Shown here: one piece after another, positions 1-11,367 of the stretch | How the letters are laid out: each line of letters starts with the position of its first letter | Position numbering within the stretch: the first letter of the stretch is position 1 | From: Wallemia ichthyophaga EXF-994 | Taxonomy: Eukaryota > Fungi > Basidiomycota | Direction of reading: 5' to 3' | DNA: 124,000 bases | NCBI RefSeq assembly: GCF_000400465.1 | Contig: NW_008806285.1 | Span: 20,001-144,000 of the forward strand | Translations under genes and position numbers: made by a program | The notes under the pieces: model-generated | The model's input: the letters and a program-made list of their open reading frames with translations, nothing else | Database searches by the model: none | Told to the model about the DNA's origin: nothing

Positions 1-2018
1 GACGCTACGTTCTCAAAGGTGGGCTCAGTTGTCGATTCATTCAAAATACTAATAATCTTAATCAGATAGACAAGATTGATCCAAAGTACTTCTGTCATTC
101 AAAGCGTCTGGATATCTCAGATGAAACAAAGATAAAAGCTGACAAAAGTGAATCTGATGCCTACTACAACGAAAACTCTAAAGAAGGTGAGACAATCATT
201 TCCGTTTGTGCGAGTTAGCTAACACACTCAAGACAAACCTGTCAACTTTATTAGCGAAATTTTCTACTTGTGTCTTGCATTCCATTACCTCGGCTATCAC
301 TGTGCGCAGCGTCAATCAGGCAGTCTTAAAAAGCACATTGATATGGTTGAGCCTCAGCTCAAATCTCAGAGAGAGCAACTTTTGAATGACCCTCGCTTTG
401 CTCCAGGTACACCGGGTAGAATGTTTGCAGAGAAGCAGCTCGAGAAACAAGAAGTTTTACTCAAGGAACGCAAAGCTGCTGTTGCTTCTTCATGGATTCA
501 ACTAGATGATCCTTCTTCGATGTACAGAATCTTGGGATTCTACTCGTTCGCGACTACTTGGATTGTGAGATTCGTAGATCCATCCCATCAACATCCTCAA
601 AAGCTCATCAGCTTACCACTACCCGAAGAAATTCCAATCGAGTTCAAGATGTTGCCCGAATACATCTTAGAATCTACAGTCGATTTCTTCATTCAATTGA
701 CAAGGCATCAGCCACATCTTCTTGAAAGCTCAGGTAAAGAAGAATTGATGAATTTCTTGGTCACCTTTGTCTGTACTCCAAAGTATATTGGAAATCCATA
801 CAGTCGCAACAAGATAGTTGAAATCATGTGGAATGGTACTCACCCATATGGGTACTCAAGAAGCGGTGTATTGAGTGACAGCATCAACTACCATAAACTC
901 TCATTAGAGCATTTGATGCCATCACTCATGTCATTCTATATTGATGTCGAACGCACAGGTGTCTCTAGTCAATTTTACGACAGATTAAATGTTCGCTACA
1001 ACATCGCCAGACTTCTTAAAGTGATTTGGAACAATCCAACACATCGTGACAAACTCAAACAAGATACAATGAATAGCGAAAAGTTTGTCAGATTTACTAA
1101 TTTGGTTATGAACGACTCAACGTATTTATTGGATGAAGCTTTGGGTAAGTTGGCATCAGTAAGACACTATGAAGATGAAATTGCGTCACCTGGATTCTCG
1201 AACAAGCCTGATAATGAGAGAGAGGAGATGGTACAATCGTTGCAAGAGTCAGGTAGAGCTGCCGGTAGCTATATTGCTTTGGGTGGAGAATCAGTCAGAT
1301 TACTCAAGTCTTTCACATCAGAAGCCAAAGCTGCCTTCATGGCACCAGAGATTGTTGACAGATTGGCAGCAATGCTTTGCTACAACCTCGATGCATTAGC
1401 TGGTCCACGCTGTCAAGAGTTGAAAGTAAATAATCCCGAAAAGTATGGATGGAGACCTAGACAACTTCTCAATGATATTATTGACATATTTATTAATCTA
1501 CACGATTGCAAGGAGTTCGTTGAGGGTGTTGCAAAGGATGGCAGAAGTTACTCAAAGGCACTGTTTGAACGTGCAGCCGGCATTCTCAGGCGCAAAGCTA
1601 TTAAGACTGATCAAGAGGTAGACCTAATGGCTCGATTTGTCAGTCACGTTGAGCAAGTCAGAGCTGAGATGATGGAAGAGGATGAGGCTGATATTCCAGA
1701 AGAATATCAAGGTAAGTCTGAATTAAATAATCGACTTAAATAACACATATCTTAGACATGATTATGGCGACACTTATGCGCGATCCAGTCATCTTGCCTG
1801 GCTCAAACGCTGTACTGGACAGATCAACAATCAAGAGTCATTTACTTTCTGACAGTACAGATCCATTCAACAGATCGCCACTAACAATAGATCAAGTAGA
1901 GCCACACACCCAACTCAAAGCAGAAATAGACGACTGGGTGGCCAAACGCAGACAGGCTAAATTAGATGAGATGACAAAAGCTACAAATGCCAATGATGTA
2001 TTACCACCACAGAATTGA
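1..2018 (+). CDS. UFD2: Ubiquitin chain-elongation factor E4 (U-box), 5' truncated by window edge
   Basis: Ufd2 core ([24 protein letters not shown]) and C-terminal U-box ([35 protein letters not shown]); introns about 187-232 and 1712-1755. Confidence 0.95.
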
Positions 2019-2393
2019 ATGATGATAAATGAAATTTCTACATTCCAAGCATTTTAGTTAGTGAAAATTATCACATGCCACCTAGCCATAAGGAAGGTAT
2101 TCAAATGAAAGAATCTAGTTAGTGTGATCTCATCTTTGACGATGGAGTATTCATACCCTTGTCTTAACTAGTTTTAGCACGCGTTTGAGTTTAGCAGTCT
2201 TTAAAGATGTTCAAATAAGCCATCTTCAAACCTCATCTTCATCTTCACGCTCATTCAATCTTTAATCTAAGCCTTCTCTTTAGACTATCATCCAAAGACT
2301 TTCTTATAAGTTCATTTGTCAAGTCACTCGTTACAGCAAAGACAAGTAAATAGTGAAGCGATTCGTATCTCTTTATAACGTAAAATAAAAGCG

Positions 2394-4104
2394 ATGTCCA
2401 ACAAATTAATGAAGAAGCAAGTGAGTTTCAATGTTGAGTGTTGGCTTGATTATGTCTGACTATCATAGGTTGCCGGCACCGCTGGATCAGCAGTCGGCAC
2501 TACAGCAGGTGGAGGAGGTAGTGGCTCATACAATGATGGATCCTACCACGGTGTTGGTGCACAAAGCGGCCCAGCTGCAGGTGCTGGCACAGGCGCTTCG
2601 ACGGGCTCAACAACTGGTGCTCAATCTGGAGCAGCTGGCATCGGTCCAGGTCCAGCTGCAGGTGGAACCACAGGCAAGGCTACAGGAGGTACCACAGGAT
2701 CAACAACTAGCGGATCATCAGGATCATCAAGCGATACTGACACAACTAGCTCTTCCAGTAGCTCAGATACGGATGATCCAGCAGATTCATCAAAGGCCCC
2801 TGTTACAGCCGGTAGCACCAACTCTGGCGTCAAGCAGCCAGCTGACGATCCACCTGCCAATGAGGATGAAACACCAGACAATGAGATCACGATACCAGAC
2901 GATGATAAACCAACTGAAAGTGAAAAAGACGCATCCGAGTCTATCACTAACTCAATCGTCCACTCTATGTCCTCTTCATCACAGTCAGCTTCTCCAACAG
3001 CAACACCGTCCATGTCTGCATCGGAGGAGGAAAAAGACGAAGATGACAACAAGGGTTTAAAGATCGCTTTGCCTATCATCCTTGGTCTATTGTTTATTCT
3101 GTTCTTGATCTGGGTTGGTAAGCGTGTCGTCAAGAAGAAGTTTGCTGGTAAAAAGAACAAGCCAACAAACATCGACTTCAATGATGCCGCTAAAAGTCAA
3201 GAAACACTTGATGAGGTGAGTTTCTATTTTGTTGATAATTGTCTTACTAATCTATGTTTCGCAGAAATCACCATTGCCTCCACCAGGATTTGCAGGCGCT
3301 GGTGCACCATTGTTAGACCGTAGGGGAAGCACTCATTCATCATACAATGGTGCTCCTCCATTGATGCATGCCAACTCAACAGGCAGCCACGGCGATTACT
3401 TGAGTGCATACAACCCTAACATGTCAACATACAGCTTTAACAACCTTGGTGGACAAAGACGTCAGGCATCGCCAGTTCCTCCATATGGTCAACACCCACA
3501 CAATGGAATGTCGAGATCAATGTCAACTAACTCATACCAAAACGGTCCACCACCACCACAACCACAAAGACCTGGTCCACCACAGTCTAACCCATCAGCA
3601 CCACATTTGCCTGCACTAGCTATACCTGATCCGGAATTGATTCCACTCCCAAGTCCACCACCAAGCGTTTACTCAATGAACCAAATACCAAGCTCACCTC
3701 CAAGACCTGACCAGCAACAACAGTTCAGAGACCCATTCAGAGATCCACCACATAGACAGCAAACAAACAGATCATCCATTGTACCACCCTTACACATCAG
3801 ACCACCGGGCGCAGTCAGAGCTAGGGTATCATTCAAGCCTACTGCCGGTGATGAGCTCTCCATACAGAAGGGAGAGGATGTACAGGTCATCAAGAGATTC
3901 TCTGATGGATGGGCTGAAGTTAAGGCATTGGCTAGTGGCAGAACGGGAGTAATTCCGTTACAGATTCTGGATGACCAGCCTACTACGCCAATGAGCTACG
4001 GACCTCAATCATCCAACAGCTCCCCAAGTAACTATCAAGCGCCTTCTCAGTCCATGTCTCAGCCTCAAGGCTTCCCATCTGCACCGCCATCCAACTTTCA
4101 ATGA
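2394..4104 (+). CDS. Single-pass membrane protein: Gly/Ser/Thr-rich N-terminus, TM helix, Pro-rich tail, C-terminal SH3 domain
   Basis: Spliced model MSNKLMKKQ|VAGTAGS...; TM IALPIILGLLFILFLIWVG followed by KRVVKKK; SH3 RARVSFKPTAGDELSIQKGEDVQVIKRFSDGWAEV. Confidence 0.85.
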
Positions 4105-4302
4105 GCTAAATTCTTTTTGACTTGTTATTCTAATAAATTAATTATATTATAAATAATTACATGTTTCACTAGCGCGAGTTTTCTGAGACCGAATGTAGAA
4201 TTTATCTACTTATACAACAATAAGATAAATGAAAAAGCATTTGAAAAGCTTCCTTGATGTAAATAATTTGAAGTGGATATCTGATATTACTAGTATCTGC
4301 GC

Positions 4303-5354
4303 CTATAATATTTCTGCCTCTTTGTCGGAGAATAAGTAATCAAAGTAGGCTCTATTCTCATCAACGTTGATGTCTGCGTCCTCGAAGTTGGCATCATTAA
4401 TATCAGGATCTCTATTTAGTTTGTTTACTGGTGAGTCGAATCTTGGCATGATTTTGTTAGATTTGCTAGTGACACCACGTGGTTGTAAAGTAGAGTTCTG
4501 TGATTGCCACAAATAGTTGAGTGATTCGACGCCTTAGCTTTCTCACCGACTCCGTTGTCAATGTCGTAGAACTGACCAAAATATCTTCCAGCTTGAGTAG
4601 TGACACCAACAATAGATACTGAGACATCTGCATGATCTTCAAGCCATACTCCTAGCTTGTCTCGGAGAAACTCAGACACGTAAGAGCTGAACGTAATTTG
4701 AGAGGGGAACTCAACAACGTAAATCGTCGACTGGGTAAGATTTGGACATCCTCTGATCATTATTGATGGCTATTCACCTTCGTTTTCCATAAACATTACT
4801 CTAAGAATACCAAAAGAAAGCACAGTAATGTTCTCTCGATTGAAGGGAAACCCCTCACCAAATTATTTTCGCTGTTTAAGTAAGTAAGCTTATTGATGTT
4901 TAAGTTCATGATTGATGAAGTGATTTCCTCAATTTGGTCCAGGCGCCGTCGTTCGTGATGTTTTTTACGTAGTCGGTGTAGAGATACTGCTAATTGATTT
5001 CATTTCATACAGCTTGTAATTAGTGTTTGCCACATTTTTGAGAAATTCAAAAATTGCAGCCGCATCCTCCTTTTCGATCAAGCACTTTAAGCGTCTCAGT
5101 TTGAAGTGGGGTCTGATGACGACATTACTATATCTTTGAGGTACATCGAACCTGACAAGCTCGGAACATAAGCGAGATAAAGCAGACAAGGAGCTCTTAT
5201 CGAGGAAATCCATGATCATCAGCTTGATTTCATTGGGTAACGCCAAATATTTGAATCCTTCGATGGACCACTTCTGCTTGCGCCTTCCTCTATTTGAATC
5301 GCTTTTAGCCTTCGTTGGTTTTGCTTTGCTAGTTGCCTTCTTCTATGGTAGCAT
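4303..5354 (-). pseudogene. Decayed F-box protein gene
   Basis: ATG CTA CCA TAG (stop at 5343-5345), then in-frame LALPNEIKLMIMDFLDKSSLSALSRLC (F-box-like); further in-frame stops at 4965 and 4929; ORF 4425-4760 is in the same frame. Confidence 0.6.
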
Positions 5355-6470
5355 GGAGGTGGTGACTGCCTACAAACAAAGAGCGAGGGCTCATCGATTG
5401 GGTGGAAGATATGAAAATCAGAGTGTAGGAGCATTTGAGTAAATATTTTTAAAAACCGAATTGCTGCTATCGTAAAATTGCCGAATCTTACTTCTTTGAG
5501 TCTTTGCCCACTTATCTAAATGCAACCAGTAAAGAAGAATCCATCTGTACAAAATTCCTATAGCATTGGTTTGAAATGTTGTTGAGTATACGCCTATCTT
5601 GTCCACTTGCTCTCCTAAATTTTTCTTTCAGGGTCCGCTCATCGGCTTACCAATTTATTTGGTCCTAGGCCGAGATCGACGATAATTGACAAGAGAGACC
5701 ATAAGAACTCACACAAATGCTTCGGGGACTACTTGGAGCTGCTTTCAGCGACATATCGACAGCTAATAACATCACAGAGATCCCTTTTGCAAGGAAATAT
5801 ACTTGTCTGACATCTTTGTTCCAAAATCTAAGATTAGACTCCCACCTCCCTTTCGAAAAGCTCAATGTTGAAATATATTTCTATTTTCGCAGGATCGACA
5901 ATGTGTTTTCCAAACTGCTCAGATTTAAGACATTGAAAGCTAAAATTTCTAACGAAAGGGACTTGGAATAATTGCATGAGCATGTATAGTTCAAATACGT
6001 GGTACTAATCATCACTCAGTATTGAATATTCGACTTCATGGGTGAACTGCTTGGTGGATTATTTTCAAACGCGTCAAACATCCTCGTTGTGGTCTTACAA
6101 CACAAGATATGCCCACTATCATTGAATGTGATATACACAGTAACAACAGCAGCAAAATGCGATTACTCGTTGTTCGGCGTCCATGCCATTGCTTCAAAGT
6201 GTGAGATTGCGCATCTAATTTACCACTTAGACACTTAAAAATGTTCTACAATGATGGCACATCCAATAAAAAAAAACTGACAAATACAGACTCCTCAGTT
6301 ATGAGATCTTCATAATAAGCATTAAACCTTGAACACAATCCTATGTTGAGTCAGATTGTGTATTCCGTTCCAAGGATTTCCGGAAATTAGAAAAGCAACA
6401 ATGCCGCACCCAATATCACTAATTACGTTTGTACAACTCTTACAATTTGAAAAAATACATAATCTCTATC

Positions 6471-8183
6471 TTACAATGGCAGCACGTCATTCGCATTGAC
6501 ATGACGAAGCGGATCATCCTCATCGAGTTTGACCAGCCTCTGCGCTTCAATATCTTCAGCTGTGACTTTACCACCGTCGACTTTGGCTGCTTCTTCCTCT
6601 AATTCGACTCTGCTTAGTTTGTTCTCCTTTCTTCTTCGCTCACGATCGACTGCTATCTTGAGTTTATCGTTATCCAAATCACCCAGTGCTTGTGGGTCTT
6701 TTGTAAATCCGTACTTATTGCCATCTCGCTCTGCCCTGCCCTTCAAATCAGCAGTACCAGCAGCAATCTTGTCTTTGTGCTGATCTGCGAGTGATTTCTG
6801 CGGTTTAGATGCTTCCTCAATCTCGTGTCTGGAGAAGGTCGTCTTGGCAGCCTCTTTGCCTGCTTCGCCCTGGCAGTATGATGTGTATATCGTTGAGTGA
6901 CAGCACTTGTATCCCCAAGATTTACTTTGCACACTAAACCACGAACCGAACACTGAGCTGTGATTTCCAGGGAAGACTATAATTGGTTAGAGAGATATCA
7001 TAGTAAAACATTTTAACGCACCATCCTCCTCGTATTTAGATTTGGCAACAGCCCTCTCCTTTCCTTTAAGTAGCTGACCAGATCTCGAATACTCAACATA
7101 CTCATCGGTCTGACCCAAGCGAATCTCTCTCGGTATATTAGACGCACTGAGGTACTCTTCACCTCCGTATCTGTTGAGCATGCTATTTTTGTGCGTATCC
7201 TTGATTTCTTCTTTCTTCACCTTGAATGCACCATGAGCCATTTCAGTGGCTGTTGGATTGGCTTGAACGTGCATATCATGTCCACGGCTTGCAGACTGCC
7301 ATGCAAAGAGTTGTGTGTTTTGTATACCGGCAGCATCACCACTATCTCTGACGTAATTTTCACCAGCGAACGCACTATCTTCAGGCTTAACGTCGGAATG
7401 AGGAGCCTCTCTCATAGATCTAGTTTTTGGATCATAATGTGCCGATTCGATATCTAAATTCATCAGGTATTTCGCTGTATCTTCTCTTATACGCAGATTT
7501 CTAACCGTGATCCGGTTATTAGCGTCGACGTTCTGACCGACAGCGTCAGCATTATCAGCGTATTTATCCTCATCATCTTCGTCTTCATCTGAGCTACCGA
7601 ACTCATCCTTGATCTTCTGCTTGCCTGCGTCAACGACTTTTTTGGCCGCGGAAATGCTATTCTGCTTATCAAGCTCATCTTCTTGAATACGTCGCCGTTC
7701 ATCCTCAACGGCGGCATATTCTTCAACGACTCTTTTATGTGAAGATGGATCATAGCCGTTCCATCTATCTCTTTTAGCGTCGAAATCGGTGGCAATGTCA
7801 TGTACGACATCATCCGCTTGAGTGACGCTGTTAGTTTTATTAGCACCACGTTTCCGGGGCCTCTCAACGCAATCCTTCTTAGAGTGACCCATTGCACCGC
7901 AATTCTCACAAGCGCCTTTCCTAAAACGCTGGGCTTTGTAGCCTTTGGCAGAACGATCGTACCACTTGTTAAGTTTATCGGCAGAGCTGTCGTACTCTCT
8001 ATTGAGACGCTGGTGACCAAGACCAGGCTTGCCCGTGTCCATGTACCAAGGAGCTTGTGATATGTATTGTGGGATGTGAGGATTGATTGGTTTTCCATCC
8101 TCGTCGAGCTCTGCGGGAGCTGTGCCTGCTTTGCGTGCCTCTTCGAGCTCACGCTTCTTTCTAAGCTCCTCACGCGCGGACAT
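6471..8183 (-). CDS. SLU7: Pre-mRNA splicing factor Slu7
   Basis: INPHIPQYISQAPWY; zinc knuckle GACENCGAMGHSKKDC; RNLRIREDTAKYL; one intron near 6960-7010. Confidence 0.96.
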
Positions 8184-8211
8184 TGCAGTTGTTGGTGGTT
8201 AAAGGCAAACG

Positions 8212-9827
8212 ATGAAGCTGCTGAAAAAGTACATAGAAAGGGACAAGTCTGTGAGTAATTACTGTATTGTGATTGGTTTATTTAAATAGCTCATCTTATT
8301 AGGGCTGGGTAACGCTCCTCCCTGAAGAAGTACGCCTGATATCCAGTCTACGCAGAATTCTGATATGACGCAGGACGAAGACCTTTGGCATTGCTACAAT
8401 CTTATTGGACCCGGCGACCAAGTCAGGGCTGGTGCGATAAGGTGTGTACTGTTGTGACTCCCACTGCCACCGACTCTCATTCTCACTCAACTTAGACGTG
8501 TAGTGAATACATCGTCCACCGGCTCTACGGATTCCCAGCGCGTTAAACTCACGCTGACTATCGAGGTCGAGAAAACGTTCTTTAGTCCTTCTGCAACGTC
8601 CACCACGGAATCCACCCCAGGCACATCCAACCAACCACCACAGAATGCTCAGCTTCAGTTGTCTGGACGCGTTACAAGTGAGAATCCACACGTTAAGCTC
8701 GGTGCTTTCCATACGCTTGATTTGGAGTCGATGAGGGACTTCAAACTCGGCAAGGGGCCGGATGGTTGGGATAGTATCAATCTACAGCGAGTTGAGGAGG
8801 CTAGTGCGGAAGGTGCTGGCGCAGAAGTTGCTGCTGTACTCGTTGGAGAAGGTGGGTGTCTTTTCTCCCACTTTTAGTTGCCAACGCCAAGTGAAACAGG
8901 CAACGCTGCCATTTGTTTGCTCACCAATCATATGACGGTGGTTAAGCAGCGTATTGATGCACAGATTCCACGTAAACGAAAAGGCATGTCTTCAGCCCAT
9001 GAGAAGGTTTGTCCTCTTTTCTTGTCTTTCATCCCATATCTCAACAAATCAAGGCAACGGAAAAATTTCATGAACAGCTCGCAGCTGCATTCAGTAAACA
9101 TATCCTTCCTCTCAGTACAAACCTTCGCGTTATTTTATTCGCAGGTGCTTCATTTGCCAGAGACTCCTTCGTCAAAACTCTCCTAGACAATGCACAACAC
9201 AATGGCGACAAGAGCATTCTGACACTTCGACCCAAGTTTTTAAAAGTTAACACTGGCTCAGCGAATGTACATGCTCTAAACGAGGCTCTTAAAAGTCCTG
9301 AAGTTGCAAACCAGCTGAAAGATACTAAATTTGCACGTGAGGGTATGATGCTTGATAAGTAGGTCAGTGTTAATTTGATGGGCCACTCCTAATCATAAAT
9401 TAAGGTTCAATAAGATGCTAATCACTGATGAGAACCGCGCTTGGTATGGCCCTGACCACGTCCAGAAAGCTATAGACAGAGGTGCAGTGGGCACACTTCT
9501 AATCTCTGACTCACTCTTCAGGTGGGTGTGCGTTACTGCTCTCATAACTTTTTAACCTCAACAGATCACAAAACGTTGCTGAAAGGAAGCGCTTCGTTAG
9601 GATGGTTGAAGATGTTAGGGGTTTAGGTGGTACTGAGGTGTTAATTTTTAGTGCAATGCACGAATCAGGACATAGTGAGTGTTTTTTCCAGTGCTTTTTT
9701 TTTGCTAACGGATTGTCAAGAACTTGATCTCTTGTCGGGTATTGCTGCACTGTTGACTTACCCACTCGACATAGAAATGGTGGAATTAGAAGAAGAAAAC
9801 GAGAAAGCTGAAGATAAGCAACACTAG
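8212..9827 (+). CDS. DOM34: Pelota/Dom34 ribosome rescue factor
   Basis: Spliced [13 protein letters not shown]|GWVTLLPEE|[11 protein letters not shown]...; [11 protein letters not shown]; eRF1-like domains 2-3; multi-intron. Confidence 0.93.
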
Positions 9828-10002
9828 TTACTATAAAGCGCTTTTCTATATTTTAAGATGTACGATGGACTCTAATTAGTAGTACAAATAAAGTATGCAA
9901 ACAAAAGTACATTGCATTGAGTTTACGAAGAGCTTTATGTAATACAACCAAATTAAATTTGAGAAAGAGGAAGAGAAGATATTTTACTGCTATTGTGCCA
10001 GC

Positions 10003-11209
10003 TTAAGCTTGTTGAGTTTGTTGGAGTGGAGAAGGAGCAGCTTGGATTTTGTTTTCGTAGGTGTCTTCGACATTCTCATAAGGTCTCATTGGTTGAAGGC
10101 CCCACTTTTCAAACAGCTCAGCGTCCTGATCTTTCTCGACACCGTCTGTAGTAAGCATGTAGCCTGAGAAGATGGCATTAGCACCTGACATGAAACACAT
10201 TGCTTGTTCAGCATCAGTAAACATCTTTCTTCCTGCTGCTATTCTGACAATTGACTTTGGCATGACGATTCTAGCTGTTGCGATCGTTCTGACGACCTCC
10301 TCAACTGCAACCGGGGTGTTGTTTTCCAATGGTGTGCCCTTTATTGGAACGAGTGCGTTGACAGGGAAAGACTCTGGATGTTCAGGGAGACGGGAGAGTT
10401 CCCAGATCAAACCAACCCTGTCATCTTGCTGCTCACCAAGACCGAGAATACCACCTGAGCAGACGCTGATTCCTGCGTCTCTGACATTTGAGATAGTGCT
10501 CAACCTGTCATCGTATGAACGAGATGTGATGACCTGGAATTTTATTAGATAAAGCAACGTAAACGCGCAAGCCACTAACCTCCGGGTAGTATTCTCTTGA
10601 AGTGTCTAAGTTATGGTTGTATGCAGTGAGGCCGGCATCTTTCAAAGCTATAGCTTGCTCAGACGAGAGCATACCAAGCGTGGTGCAGACTTCCATACCC
10701 ATACCCTTGATCTCCCTAACCATGGCCAAGATTCTATCGAAACCACGCTTGCGACCGCCTACATCTCTCCAAGCTGCGCCCATACAGAAACGGGTAGAAC
10801 CCGCATTTTTAGCGCGCTTAGCTTCTTGAATGACAGGATCTAAAGCGAGTAGCTTTCCAGCCTCAGTGCCAGTACTGTATCTGCTAGACTGAGAGCAATA
10901 GCTACAGTCTTCTGAACAACCGCCAGTTTTGATGTTCATAAGAGTGCACAGCTGAACCTTTCCAGGCTCGTGGTACATGCGGTGTACGCTGGCTGCTCTG
11001 TAAACCAATTCGAGGAGAGGCTGTTGGTATATAGCCTGGATATCATTCCTATTCCAGTCATTGCGTATATCACCATCCTTGTGCTCCTTCGAGCTATTTA
11101 CTGGTCCGTTGGGGGTAAATGGATGGGGATTGAGTTGAGTTGCAAGGCTTCTCGACTGAACTAGTATTTTAAATTGCTGGCGTGGCTTGAATAGGTGCTT
11201 GTTGATCAT
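10003..11209 (-). CDS. BIO2: Biotin synthase (radical SAM)
   Basis: CSEDCSYC radical-SAM triad; YNHNLDTSREYY; PESFPVNALVPIKGTP; presequence-like N-terminus; one intron. Confidence 0.97.
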
Positions 11210-11367
11210 TTTCTTTTCTTTCTTTTCTCGGTGATGGCCGTCTAGCGTCAACGATAAGCCATCGCAACTTTCCGGCACACTCAAAATCCGATCGAAGGAC
11301 TTTTAGGGACAGCGGCTTTTTCGGAATCAACTGGACTATTAAACATTAGATATCGGATATATTCAAC

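Noticed and set aside
5212-5442. 76-aa plus-strand ORF with a hydrophobic stretch
   Set aside because: Lies antisense to the Lys/Arg-rich start of the F-box relic; the hydrophobicity is the expected complement of A-rich codons
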